Of a DNA stretch of 46,666 nucleotides, positions 1 through 8,797 are shown in pieces. A program made the translations under genes and the position numbers. Numbering within the stretch: the first letter of the stretch is position 1; each line of letters begins with the position of its first letter. The notes under the pieces are model-generated. The model saw only the letters and a list, made by a program, of their open reading frames with translations, made no database searches and was not told the origin of the DNA. The DNA is from Nanobdellati archaeon (lineage in GTDB: Archaea; B1Sed10-29; WALL01): assembly GCA_015522845.1 (NCBI GenBank), contig WALL01000021.1, positions 1 through 46,666 of the forward strand, given 5' to 3'.

Positions 1-450
1 CTCACAAACTCCTCTTTCTTGCACTTGCCGGAGGTGCGGGAAGGCTTAAGGCAGTTTGATATGATACAAGCAAAGCTTGATGCCCCCAGTGAGGAGCTAT
101 TTAGGAAGATAAACCGGCCTGCGGAGGGGATAAGCTTCGATGATATTATTGGCGGGATCAAGGCAATGAAGCGGGAGTTTAAGGGGGAGCTTTCGCTGCA
201 AATGATGTTCGTGGAATTGAACAAGGGATATGCAGGCGAGATGGCAGCAATTGCAAGGGAGATAAGGCCGCATAGCGTCTTCCTTGGCACGCCACTTAGG
301 CCGGGTGCTAGCAAGCCCCTTACGAAAGAAGAAATGGATAGGATAAAGTCCGAGTTTGCTGGCTTAAACGTGTTCATGGTTTATGATAGGGAAAGGCCAA
401 AAGCCGTGCCGCTTAATTTGCATGAGACAAGGATGCGGAGGCCAGAATAG
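1..450 (+). CDS. Radical SAM Fe-S oxidoreductase, C-terminal part (COG0731/TYW1-like), 5'-truncated by window
   Basis: Frame open from base 1 (LTNSSFLHLPEVR...AKLDA...FRKINRP...LQMMFV...TPLRP). These motifs are typical of this radical SAM family, which usually neighbours MinD-ferredoxin ATPases. Confidence 0.7.
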   Translation, partial: LTNSSFLHLPEVREGLRQFDMIQAKLDAPSEELFRKINRPAEGISFDDIIGGIKAMKREFKGELSLQMMFVELNKGYAGEMAAIAREIRPHSVFLGTPLRPGASKPLTKEEMDRIKSEFAGLNVFMVYDRERPKAVPLNLHETRMRRPE

Positions 451-1316
451 TGAAGCTAAATGTCCTTTCTGGCAAAGGAGGGGTTGGAAAGAGCAGCATC
501 ACTGCATCGCTTGCGGTCCTGCTCTCACGGGAGCATAGGGTTGTTGCTGTTGACTGTGATGTGGATGCATCGAATTTGGCATTGGTGCTGGGGGTCAGGG
601 AGATTTCCAGCAAGAAGAAGCTCTCACTTAGCGAGAAGGCGCGCCTTGCCCCTAACAAGTGCACAGGCTGTGGCAAGTGCGTGGAGGCCTGCGCCTTCGG
701 GGCGATAAAAATGGAATCAGGGAAGCCAGTGATCAACAGCGCCCTCTGCGAAGGGTGTGGTTCGTGTGCCCTTGCCTGCCCCTTGGATGCTATTGAGCTA
801 TACCCTATTGAGGATGCAACCATTGGGTCTGCAAATACCAAATATGGCTTTCCAGTTGTTTCTGCCCAGCTTGAGATGGGGGAAGCCGGCTCCGGGAAAG
901 TTGTTTATGAGGTAAAGAAGCTTGCCGCGGCATTTCCCGCGGATATAACCATAATTGACTCTGCTGCGGGAATTGGCTGCCCGGTCGTGGCGTCAGTCCA
1001 AGGGAGCGACTATGTAATAGCCGTTACCGAGCCCACCCCCGCGGCACTCTGGGACCTGAAGCGCGCGCTGAAAGTAGTGTCGCACTTCAACATCCCAGCG
1101 GGCATAGTTATAAACAAGGCGGATTTAAATCCGGAACAGGCGGAAGCCATCAGGCGGTTTGCATCCAAGAATGGCCTAAGAATCCTTGCCGAGATACCCT
1201 ACGACAAGGCGTTTGTTGAGGCGCTTGTCCGCATGGAGCCGCCTGTGGCTTACAAGCCGGAGCTTGAGCCAATTTTCAAAAAGATAGCTGATGCGGCGCT
1301 TCTTGGCAGCGGGTGA
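450..1316 (+). CDS. MinD/ParA-family P-loop ATPase with inserted 2x[4Fe-4S] ferredoxin domain
   Basis: Deviant Walker A SGKGGVGKS, DCDVDA, two CxxCxxCxxxC ferredoxin motifs, DSAAGIGCPV, INKAD. Confidence 0.9.
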   Translation: MKLNVLSGKGGVGKSSITASLAVLLSREHRVVAVDCDVDASNLALVLGVREISSKKKLSLSEKARLAPNKCTGCGKCVEACAFGAIKMESGKPVINSALCEGCGSCALACPLDAIELYPIEDATIGSANTKYGFPVVSAQLEMGEAGSGKVVYEVKKLAAAFPADITIIDSAAGIGCPVVASVQGSDYVIAVTEPTPAALWDLKRALKVVSHFNIPAGIVINKADLNPEQAEAIRRFASKNGLRILAEIPYDKAFVEALVRMEPPVAYKPELEPIFKKIADAALLGSG

Positions 1317-1320
1317 TCAT

Positions 1321-2172
1321 ATGCCGTTTGTGAATGCCATGATTTGGGAGGCATTTGCGGGGACCATGAAGATCCTTACAATTGTCTTTGTCCTCATGGT
1401 AATTGTTGAATATCTTATGCTCCGCTACAAGAAGGCCATAACTTCCCATGTCACTGGAAAGCCATTTACCCAATATGTGTTTGCTTCTATGCTGGGCGCA
1501 ATTCCTGGCTGCATTGACGCGTTTTTTATTGTCTCACTCTACATTAGTGGCATAGTTGGGTTTGGTGCGCTGGTGGCAGTTATGCTTTCCACCGCTGGGG
1601 ATGAGGCCTTTGTGATGCTGGCTATGTTTCCTGACACGGCACTTTTGATTTTTGGGATATGTATTATCCTAGGCATTATTGGTGGGTTCCTTGCAGATAA
1701 GCTTGCAAAGGCACTAAATTTGCACCTTTCAAAGAAGTGCCAGGTAGTGCCACATAAGGGAGAAATGTCGCTGGGGCTTAGCCATTTTATCCACAAGCAT
1801 GTATGGGAGCATATAGTAAAAAAACATATGCTCCAGCTGTTCCTTTGGCTTTTTTTCACTTTGCTTGCAATGAACTGGCTGACAGCAAACTTTGACTTGC
1901 AGGCGGTGATCCCCCAAAACCGCCTTCTCATGCTCCTGTTTGCTGCGCTAATAGGCGTTATCCCAGAGTCTGGCCCGCACCTGATATTTGTGGTAATGTT
2001 TGCGCAAGGGCTGATCCCCTTTTCTGTCCTGTTGGTGAGCACATTGAGCCAGGATGGCCATGGCCTTCTTCCGCTTTTGTCTTATTCTGTGGAAGATACA
2101 ATTTATGTGCAGATATTTACAACGCTGTTTGCTGTGGCAGTAGGGCTTGTCCTGTTTGCGCTAGGATTCTAA
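1321..2172 (+). CDS. Putative heavy-metal/manganese exporter (10-TM, ArsP_2/DUF2899-like)
   Basis: Multi-TM protein with LGAIPGC, STAGDEAFV, GVIPESGPH and SQDGHG motifs and a His-rich loop. ATG 1321 is preferred over 1291, which overlaps the upstream gene. Confidence 0.75.
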   Translation: MPFVNAMIWEAFAGTMKILTIVFVLMVIVEYLMLRYKKAITSHVTGKPFTQYVFASMLGAIPGCIDAFFIVSLYISGIVGFGALVAVMLSTAGDEAFVMLAMFPDTALLIFGICIILGIIGGFLADKLAKALNLHLSKKCQVVPHKGEMSLGLSHFIHKHVWEHIVKKHMLQLFLWLFFTLLAMNWLTANFDLQAVIPQNRLLMLLFAALIGVIPESGPHLIFVVMFAQGLIPFSVLLVSTLSQDGHGLLPLLSYSVEDTIYVQIFTTLFAVAVGLVLFALGF

Positions 2173-2177
2173 AGCAA

Positions 2178-2573
2178 TCAGGGCTGTGTGAGCCCAGGGT
2201 AGCAAAGCTTTTTTGCCTTTGCCACATCATCAACAACAAAGCCCATCATACTCCCGTTTCTTTCCTTGCCTACTATGTAAGCGGACTTGATGTTGATGTT
2301 ATCCTTTGCAAAGTCCTCTATGCATTTCAGCAGCTGGCCCGGCTTGTCTTCCAGCCGCATTGTCACTACTTCATTCTCCGCGAACTTAAATCCCCCCTTT
2401 TTAAGGGTCTCGCGTGTCTTATCATGGTCATTTGTGATGACCCTAATCTGCCCTTCCTTGCCACAAACATCAGTTGAGACAGCTTTGATGTTTATGCCTG
2501 TGCTTGCGATCGCCTTAAATACATCACGCACCGCACCAATCCTGTCACTTGTTGAAACAATAAACTCTTTCAT
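2178..2573 (-). CDS. Tandem ACT-domain protein
   Basis: Two ACT repeats (DRIGAV..GINIKAV; EDKPGQL..NINIKSAY). Paralogous to 36913..37299. Confidence 0.8.
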   Translation of the reverse strand: MKEFIVSTSDRIGAVRDVFKAIASTGINIKAVSTDVCGKEGQIRVITNDHDKTRETLKKGGFKFAENEVVTMRLEDKPGQLLKCIEDFAKDNINIKSAYIVGKERNGSMMGFVVDDVAKAKKLCYPGLTQP

Positions 2574-2676
2574 AAGCCCACCATATTATTCTTATGCCTT
2601 GCTCATAAAAAGCTTGCCGGTAGAGGAATTAGTGGGCTTTTTATTGTAAGATGTGTATATCCCCCCGGGTGCTTAA

Positions 2677-3240
2677 ATGCTAAGCGAAATTGCTGATGAG
2701 ATACGGGCCTGCAGGAAATGCAGCTTGTGGAAAACGCGGAACAGCGCCGTCCCAGGAAGCGGGAACATGAATGCAGCGGTCATGCTCATTGGCGAGGCGC
2801 CCGGCCGCAATGAGGACATGCAGGGGAAGCCATTTGTCGGTAGGGCCGGGGAAATACTAAATAGCCTCCTGGCTTCTGCCGGGCTAAGCCGTGAGGAGAT
2901 ATTCATTACCAACGTGGTGAAGTGCCGCCCGCCCCAGAACCGGAACCCATTGCCCGGCGAGATAAAAGCATGCTCCCCCTACCTGGACAGGCAGATCGAC
3001 GCCATCCGGCCCAAAGTGATCGGCACGCTTGGGAACTTTGCCACCACTTACGTAATGCAAAAGTTTGGGCTTGAGCCACGGCCAATAGGCCAGGTGCACG
3101 GCCAGGCGTTTGCGGTAAACACGCTGGTGCACCACCTTGTAGTTGTCCCGCTTTACCACCCCGCGGCGGCGATTTACGATCCCACGAAGATGCCAATCTT
3201 GGAAAAGGACTTCATGCTCCTAAAGCCAAAAAGGCTTTAA
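2677..3240 (+). CDS. udg: Family-4 uracil-DNA glycosylase
   Basis: CxxC, GEAPG..ED..G.PFVG, TNVVKCRPPxNRxP and YHPAA motifs. Confidence 0.95.
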   Translation: MLSEIADEIRACRKCSLWKTRNSAVPGSGNMNAAVMLIGEAPGRNEDMQGKPFVGRAGEILNSLLASAGLSREEIFITNVVKCRPPQNRNPLPGEIKACSPYLDRQIDAIRPKVIGTLGNFATTYVMQKFGLEPRPIGQVHGQAFAVNTLVHHLVVVPLYHPAAAIYDPTKMPILEKDFMLLKPKRL

Positions 3241-3313
3241 AGGCGGCTGGCTGGCCTGCCAGGTTATTTTTTGGGCTGGAGCTCATGCTTGGGATAAAGG
3301 CTGCCTTCGAGGG

Positions 3314-3490
3314 CTAGAGCAGCTCTATCGACAGCCGCACCTTCCGCCTGTCGCCGATGTTCGGCGCTATCGAAAGGAGCATCTTCTCGAACTCCCCTGT
3401 CCCGCCATCATCGAACCCGAGGTGGTTCACCTTCTTTCCGCCAATTACCTCGATGCGGTTATAAACAGTCCCTTCCACATAGTCCCCCAT
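3314..3490 (-). CDS. Small hypothetical protein, 58 aa (MGDYVEGTVYNRIEVIGGKKVNHLGFDDGGTGEFEKMLLSIAPNIGDRRKVRLSIELL)
   Basis: ATG..TAG ORF below the track cutoff. It fills the gap divergent to 3526, has coding-like codon usage and an AT-rich promoter zone upstream. Confidence 0.6.
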   Translation of the reverse strand: MGDYVEGTVYNRIEVIGGKKVNHLGFDDGGTGEFEKMLLSIAPNIGDRRKVRLSIELL

Positions 3491-3525
3491 AAACCCTTTT
3501 ATTTGCGGGGCAATTATTTTAACCT

Positions 3526-4116
3526 ATGCCCCGGCGCGTGGTTTATGTGATGAAGGAGTCACTTAACTGGAACATCGTGCTGTTTCCTGGTGTTGTCTTC
3601 CACGAGCTTAGCCACTTTATTATGAGCATACTTATGGGCTCACGCGTAACCAAAGAGCGGTTTTGGGGGGAAAGGGACGCGGCGATAACGCACGAGGAGG
3701 TTCCGGGGATACGCGGCTACCTCATATCGTCAGCGCCGTTTTTGTTCGGGACCGCGACGGCGGTGGCGCTGCTCTGGCTGGCAGAGATGGCCGCAGTTGG
3801 GCTCACACTTTATTCACCCTGGCAGGCTATATTCCAGGTGTTCCTCCTTTATTATCTCGCACTTTCAATAGCAGTGCACTGCTTTCCCTCGTCAAAGGAT
3901 GCAAGCAATGCAATGCACAGCTTATCATCATTTTATGCACGCAAGGCATCAATGGCTGATGGCATTTTGCAAGGCATCTTTTGGCTGCTCACTGTCCCGT
4001 TTGTCTTTTTCCCATTGTATCTTGGTGCCATTATCATGGGCGTGTTTTCCACCATCCGCAACCTAGGGTTCTTGTGGTTTGCCATTTTGTTTTGGCTCGT
4101 GGCAGTTTATTTGTAA
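3526..4116 (+). CDS. Membrane zinc metallopeptidase-like protein (HExxH; DUF3267/M50-like)
   Basis: PGVVFHELSH motif, ..SAP.. and FPS..D motifs, several TM helices. Confidence 0.7.
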   Translation: MPRRVVYVMKESLNWNIVLFPGVVFHELSHFIMSILMGSRVTKERFWGERDAAITHEEVPGIRGYLISSAPFLFGTATAVALLWLAEMAAVGLTLYSPWQAIFQVFLLYYLALSIAVHCFPSSKDASNAMHSLSSFYARKASMADGILQGIFWLLTVPFVFFPLYLGAIIMGVFSTIRNLGFLWFAILFWLVAVYL

Positions 4117-4140
4117 TCTTTATATACCTCCTATTGGATA

Positions 4141-4446
4141 ATGCTTAGCATGACCGTAAAGATATACAAGATAAATCCAGCTAAAGTGGCAGCCATACGC
4201 CAAGTGTTGGCAGCAGACCACTGGGCTAGGAAGGGGTATACCCTGCGCTCTGGAAAGGGTATGGGCTTTGACATAGCAGAGTATTTCCTTTATGTAGACG
4301 CTCCAGACAAGTTTTTTGACCAGTATGAGGGAGAAGTGCTCATTGATGGGGTAGTAGCTATAAAGGGCAACGAATATGATAATGTCAAGAAAGCCTTCGA
4401 TGCTGAAGAGGACAATGTTGCCAGTGGCATAGCGCTTTTCGGCTGA
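4141..4446 (+). CDS. Conserved archaeal hypothetical protein
   Basis: Clean ORF with TATA (tttatata) about 22 bp upstream. The pattern ARKGYTLR..G...YLY...EEDNVASG..LFG resembles a small archaeal family of unknown function. Confidence 0.65.
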   Translation: MLSMTVKIYKINPAKVAAIRQVLAADHWARKGYTLRSGKGMGFDIAEYFLYVDAPDKFFDQYEGEVLIDGVVAIKGNEYDNVKKAFDAEEDNVASGIALFG

Positions 4447-4458
4447 TTATCTATAACA

Positions 4459-4496
4459 TTTAAATACAATGTCGCTGTTAATATCGGTGTCGATAT
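4459..4496 (+). promoter_or_regulatory. padR-tes promoter: TATA box plus palindromic operator ATATCG-N4-CGATAT
   Basis: TTTAAATA at 4459-4466. A perfect 6-bp inverted repeat at 4481-4496 overlaps the expected TSS, with a degenerate copy ATGTCG-N4-TAATAT at 4469-4484. Confidence 0.6.
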
Positions 4497-4509
4497 AAGA
4501 GGTAGTTAG

Positions 4510-4926
4510 GTGAGCCTATTTACGCATGGCCTGTTAAAAGTGTACCTATTGCATATGGCCAAGCAAAGCCCCATCTCCGGGAAAATGGCCGTTAATGAGA
4601 TTGCTGCTGCCACTCTCGGTAAGTGGAAGCCAAGCCCTGGTTCGGTTTACCCCCTCCTGAAGAAGCTTGAGCAGGATGGCTTGCTCCGGCGTGAGGAAGC
4701 CATTGCAAAGGCAGGGCGGCAGCTGTTTTATTCAATAACAGCAAAGGGGCTACAAGAGCTTAAGAAGCAAAGAAAAGAGTATATGGCAAAATACAGCGAG
4801 TACCTTAATTCGCTTTTGCCGCTTGTTTTCCAGCTGGATGCTGGCAAGGAGCTGGACGGCATTGCCCGTGGATTAAGCAAGGCACTTGCCATTTGTAAGG
4901 AGCATTCGCTAAGTTATACTAGCTAA
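4510..4926 (+). CDS. PadR-family transcriptional regulator
   Basis: WKPSPGSVYPLLKKLEQDGL...YSITAKG wHTH signature. Confidence 0.9.
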   Translation: MSLFTHGLLKVYLLHMAKQSPISGKMAVNEIAAATLGKWKPSPGSVYPLLKKLEQDGLLRREEAIAKAGRQLFYSITAKGLQELKKQRKEYMAKYSEYLNSLLPLVFQLDAGKELDGIARGLSKALAICKEHSLSYTS

Positions 4927-4931
4927 TAGAA

Positions 4932-6410
4932 GTGAGAAAAATGGCCGAGGAAAAGTTATTGAGGGAAACGTTCTCCGTATGCCCGGAATGTGGCAAGAAA
5001 ATACCTGCAAAGATCGTTGAAAGCGATGGGAAAGTCCTTATGCGGAAGCACTGTGACGAGCATGGGGACTTTGAGGATATATACTGGGGCAGTGCCAAGA
5101 CATATGCAGAATACATGAAATGGTTTTATACAGGGGATGGTGTCTCCAACCCAAATACAAAGTCCACAGGGAGCTGCCCTTATGACTGCGGGCTTTGCAG
5201 CAACCACAAGTCCCAGACAATTCTCTCGATTATAGATGTCACAAACCGGTGCAACTTTAACTGCCCAATTTGCTTTGCAAATGCGAACAAGGCAGGCTAT
5301 GTCTATGAGCCATCAAAGGAGCAGATAGAAGAGATGCTGGATATGCTTGCTTCGCAGAAGCCAAGCAGGAATTGGGTAGTCATGTTTTCTGGTGGGGAGC
5401 CAACTGTCAGGGATGACCTCCCCGAGCTGATAAAGATGGCCCGTGATAAGGAGTTCTTTGTCCTTATAGCAACCAATGGGAAGCGTATGGCAGAAGACAA
5501 GGCATTCTGCAAGAAAGTGGTGGATGCTGGGCTTGATATTGCTTACCTGCAGTTTGATGGCGTAACACCCGAGCCGTACATTGTAGCGCGCGGCTTTAAT
5601 GCATTTCCGCTAAAGACCAAGCTTCTCCAAAACTTCCGTGAGATTGGGTTTAAGGGGACAGTGCTTGTGCCAACTGTTGTTAAAGGTGTGAATGATGGGC
5701 AGGTTGGTGACATCATCCGGTTTGCATTCGACAACATAGATGTTGTGCGGGGGGTTAACTTCCAGCCCGTGTCCTTTGCTGGCAGGACAGACAAGAGCAA
5801 GCTTAAGGAGCGGAGAATAACAATACCTGACTTGATAGACAGGATTTCAGAGCAGACCAACGGCGACCTTTCGCAGGATGACTTTTACCCCATTCCTGTT
5901 TCCATCCCGCTAAGCAAGTTCCTTATGAAAAAAGGGCAGCCTTGGGAGCTTAGCGCACACCCAATGTGCGGCGCATCCAGCTACATTATAAAGACAAAAG
6001 AAGGGAAGCTCAAGTCCATACCCCAAATGGTCGACATTAAGAAGCTTATGGGCCTTTTGAAAGAAGCTAATGAGGGGAAGATAGGCAGGGCGCGGCTTGC
6101 AATGCAGCTGCCTGGGATAATGAAGCCTGGAAGCATGAGGTGGGGCGGTGCAAAGCTACTAAGCTGGATTAAGGGGGTTTTCTTTGGCGATGAAAATGTG
6201 AGGAACTTCCAGACGCCAGACATGCTTTTTATAGGCATGATGCATTTCCAGGACAAGTACAATTTAGACTTGGAGCGCCTTGAAAGGTGCATTGTGCATT
6301 ATGCAACGCCTGATAAAAGGATAATCCCGTTCTGCACATACAATAATTTCCACCGTGTTGGTGTGGAAAAGGACTTTTCAAGGCCGCTTAGCTCACCGCC
6401 CAAAGTGTGA
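4932..6410 (+). CDS. tes: Radical SAM tetraether (GDGT) lipid synthase Tes / GDGT-MAS homolog
   Basis: N-terminal CPEC..CDEH metal site, auxiliary CPYDCGLCSNH, radical SAM motif CNFNCPIC, YLQFDG, RGVNFQPVSF, and C-terminal MHFQDKYNLDLERLERCIVHYATPDKRIIPFCTYN. Confidence 0.8.
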   Translation: MRKMAEEKLLRETFSVCPECGKKIPAKIVESDGKVLMRKHCDEHGDFEDIYWGSAKTYAEYMKWFYTGDGVSNPNTKSTGSCPYDCGLCSNHKSQTILSIIDVTNRCNFNCPICFANANKAGYVYEPSKEQIEEMLDMLASQKPSRNWVVMFSGGEPTVRDDLPELIKMARDKEFFVLIATNGKRMAEDKAFCKKVVDAGLDIAYLQFDGVTPEPYIVARGFNAFPLKTKLLQNFREIGFKGTVLVPTVVKGVNDGQVGDIIRFAFDNIDVVRGVNFQPVSFAGRTDKSKLKERRITIPDLIDRISEQTNGDLSQDDFYPIPVSIPLSKFLMKKGQPWELSAHPMCGASSYIIKTKEGKLKSIPQMVDIKKLMGLLKEANEGKIGRARLAMQLPGIMKPGSMRWGGAKLLSWIKGVFFGDENVRNFQTPDMLFIGMMHFQDKYNLDLERLERCIVHYATPDKRIIPFCTYNNFHRVGVEKDFSRPLSSPPKV

Positions 6411-6447
6411 AGCTTTTATATCCCCCCACTAAACAATTAGTGCTCGT

Positions 6448-6564
6448 GCGGGGGTTCCAGAGTGGCCAAATGGGATGGACTCAAGGGGTAAGGCAGCATA
6501 GCCCGTCTTTCCGGTGAAATCCATTGGCTTAGTGCCTTCGGGAGTTCGAATCTCCCCCCCCGCA
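6448..6564 (+). tRNA. tRNA-Leu(CAA) with 33-nt intron at canonical 37/38 (6486-6518)
   Basis: Acceptor GCGGGGG/CCCCCGC-A, anticodon stem ATGGA/TCCAT around CT-CAA-G, long variable arm, T-arm GGGAG-TTCGAAT-CTCCC. CCA is not encoded. Confidence 0.92.
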
Positions 6565-6601
6565 CTGGGCTTTGTGCCCCAGAGGTTCTAGTTTCCGCCA
6601 G

Positions 6602-6663
6602 CTGGCAAATTGCGAAGCAATTGCCGGGGCACCTGGCAAATTGCGAAGCAATTGCCGGGGCAC
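6602..6663. repeat. Perfect tandem 31-bp repeat (x2) of a palindrome with a GCGAAGC core
   Basis: CTGGCAAATTGCGAAGCAATTGCCGGGGCAC at 6602-6632 and 6633-6663. Confidence 0.95.
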
Positions 6664-6755
6664 TGCTTTTCTCACAGCTTTTCACGGAAAACTCTCCCTG
6701 CTGCAACCGTAATTCTTTTATTTTTTAGATGCACAAATAAGGGGGAGGTGGTTTT

Positions 6756-7172
6756 ATGTATTGGGATCCTTTTGATGAAATGCAGCAGGAGATGAATAGG
6801 ATTTTCTCTTCGTACAAAAGCAAGCTTCCAGAGCGCGCTGCCTCGCAGCCTGCAATGGACATGATGGACAACGGCAAAGAGATTGTTGTTATTTTAGATT
6901 TGCCTGGTGTTGACAAGCGCAACATACAGATAGACTGTGACGGGAAGTTCCTGCAGATAAGTGCAAAGTCGTCTGCCGGCACTGAGGAAAAGAAAGAAGG
7001 CTATTATTTTGCTGAGAGGAGCGCTTCCTCGTTTAGCAGGGGCGTATCTCTCCCTACAGAAGTAATCCCCGAGAAAGCAAAGAGCACCTTTAAGAATGGG
7101 GTTCTTGAGATCCGCCTTCCAAAGAGAGAGGCAAAGGCGGGAAAGAGAGGGCATAGGATACGGGTTGATTGA
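6756..7172 (+). CDS. Small heat-shock protein Hsp20/alpha-crystallin
   Basis: DPFDEM N-terminus, DLPGV, ERS...F.R...LP, F.NGVLEI.LPK and an IxV tail. Strong GGAGGTG Shine-Dalgarno. Confidence 0.95.
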   Translation: MYWDPFDEMQQEMNRIFSSYKSKLPERAASQPAMDMMDNGKEIVVILDLPGVDKRNIQIDCDGKFLQISAKSSAGTEEKKEGYYFAERSASSFSRGVSLPTEVIPEKAKSTFKNGVLEIRLPKREAKAGKRGHRIRVD

Positions 7173-7224
7173 GGGGGCATTTGCCCCCTAACTTTTTATA
7201 AGTAAGCTATGCTTATTTAGCACT

Positions 7225-8775
7225 ATGCCTGCTAGGAAAGAGTTTGTTGTTGCCGCTTATGTTATAAAGGGCAATAAAGTTCTGCTTGTCCACCACAAAA
7301 AGCTTGGCATGTGGCTGCCACCTGGTGGGCATATAGAGCAGTACGAGACACCGGAAGAAGCGGTTGTCCGTGAGGTAAAGGAGGAAACTGGCCTTAATGT
7401 TGAAGTAGTGCGGGAGGCGGGCGGGCATCCACGGACGAACGTTGAGATTCTTGCCCAGCCAAAGCATATACAGCTTGAGAACATTAAGGGCACCCATGAG
7501 CATATAGATCTGGTGTATGTCTGCAGGGTTACTGGGGGGAAGCTCTCCATAAACCACGAGGTGCATAGCGCACAGTTTTTTAGAATTGGGGAGATAGCTG
7601 TATTAGAGGGTGTGCCAGCCGATGTAAAGCACTATGCTCGGGTGTTCTTGCACAAGGAGACAGACAGGACAGCTTATGACCTACCGGTGTTTAGGGAGCT
7701 GGTCAGGGAAAACAAAGTTGACTTTTCAGGCATTTCGCTGTTGGTTATACAGCATCTTAAAAAGAATACGGTACAATTTATCAAGTTGCTAGGTGAGGCT
7801 GGCTTTAATGGCATTACAGTTATTGGGAAGCCTTACTCAATAGACAGAAGCGCAATGGCAGATATAAAAAGGTATGCCACTGTGCTTACCCCCTCTTTTC
7901 GGCAGATGGAAAGCTTAGAGGCAGTGGAGAAAGCGGTAAAGGCCACCAGCGGGAAATTTATATGCCTTGACCTTGGCGGCTATTTTACAAGGTACTTTGA
8001 TAAGCAGGGCACCCCTCCCGGGCTATTGGGGGTTGTTGAAGATACAAAGAATGGGATTTGGTTTGATAGGCAAAAGAAGTTTAGCTACCCTTTTTTTTCA
8101 GTTGCAAACTCAGAGCTGAAGAGCCATGCAGAAAGCTTTTTTGTGGCAAAGGCAATTGTGCGCAATATCGAGAATGTACTCATAAGCAGCTTTCAGGAAA
8201 CTTTAGCTGGGAAGTACGTGCTTGTGGTGGGCTATGGCACAATAGGAACGCACGTGGCAAGGATACTCCAGGCAAGCTCTAATGTTTGGGTTTATGACAT
8301 TGATCCAATTAGGCTGCTGCGCGCAAAAGTGAGTGGCTATGGGATTATCAGCGATTTGCTTGGCATCCATAAGTTTGATGTAATAATTGGGATCACTGGA
8401 AAAATTGCCATTAAGGAGGGGTTGAAGTATGCAAAAAATGGTGTGGTTCTTGTTAACGGCTCAACCCGGCAAATGGAATTTGACCGCAGCTCAATTAGGC
8501 AGCTGTCACGGAAGGCAATTAAAAAGAGGCAATTCACAAAATATGAGCTTTGGAACGGAAAAAATATTTACCTGCTTGCCGATGGCTACCCCATAAACTT
8601 TATGGGAACCGAGTCTGTCCCTGAGTTCATTTTGGACATGATATTCTCGGAAATGTTCCTTCTCTGCAAGATTCTGAAAGAGAGGGAAGTTAAGCCGGGG
8701 TTTTATCCAGTAGAAACAGCACATCCAGAGGTTGAGCAGGGGGTTGCAGAGAGGTGGCTGGATTATTGGGCATGA
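7225..8775 (+). CDS. NUDIX hydrolase fused to a divergent S-adenosylhomocysteine-hydrolase-like (NAD-binding) domain
   Basis: NUDIX box GGHIEQYETPEEAVVREVKEETGL, then SAHH-like motifs IQHL, DLGG, EDTKNG, SELKS, GYGTIG and LLADGYPINF. Confidence 0.75.
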   Translation: MPARKEFVVAAYVIKGNKVLLVHHKKLGMWLPPGGHIEQYETPEEAVVREVKEETGLNVEVVREAGGHPRTNVEILAQPKHIQLENIKGTHEHIDLVYVCRVTGGKLSINHEVHSAQFFRIGEIAVLEGVPADVKHYARVFLHKETDRTAYDLPVFRELVRENKVDFSGISLLVIQHLKKNTVQFIKLLGEAGFNGITVIGKPYSIDRSAMADIKRYATVLTPSFRQMESLEAVEKAVKATSGKFICLDLGGYFTRYFDKQGTPPGLLGVVEDTKNGIWFDRQKKFSYPFFSVANSELKSHAESFFVAKAIVRNIENVLISSFQETLAGKYVLVVGYGTIGTHVARILQASSNVWVYDIDPIRLLRAKVSGYGIISDLLGIHKFDVIIGITGKIAIKEGLKYAKNGVVLVNGSTRQMEFDRSSIRQLSRKAIKKRQFTKYELWNGKNIYLLADGYPINFMGTESVPEFILDMIFSEMFLLCKILKEREVKPGFYPVETAHPEVEQGVAERWLDYWA

Positions 8776-8797
8776 TCCCTTGCTAGCAGGCGATAAT

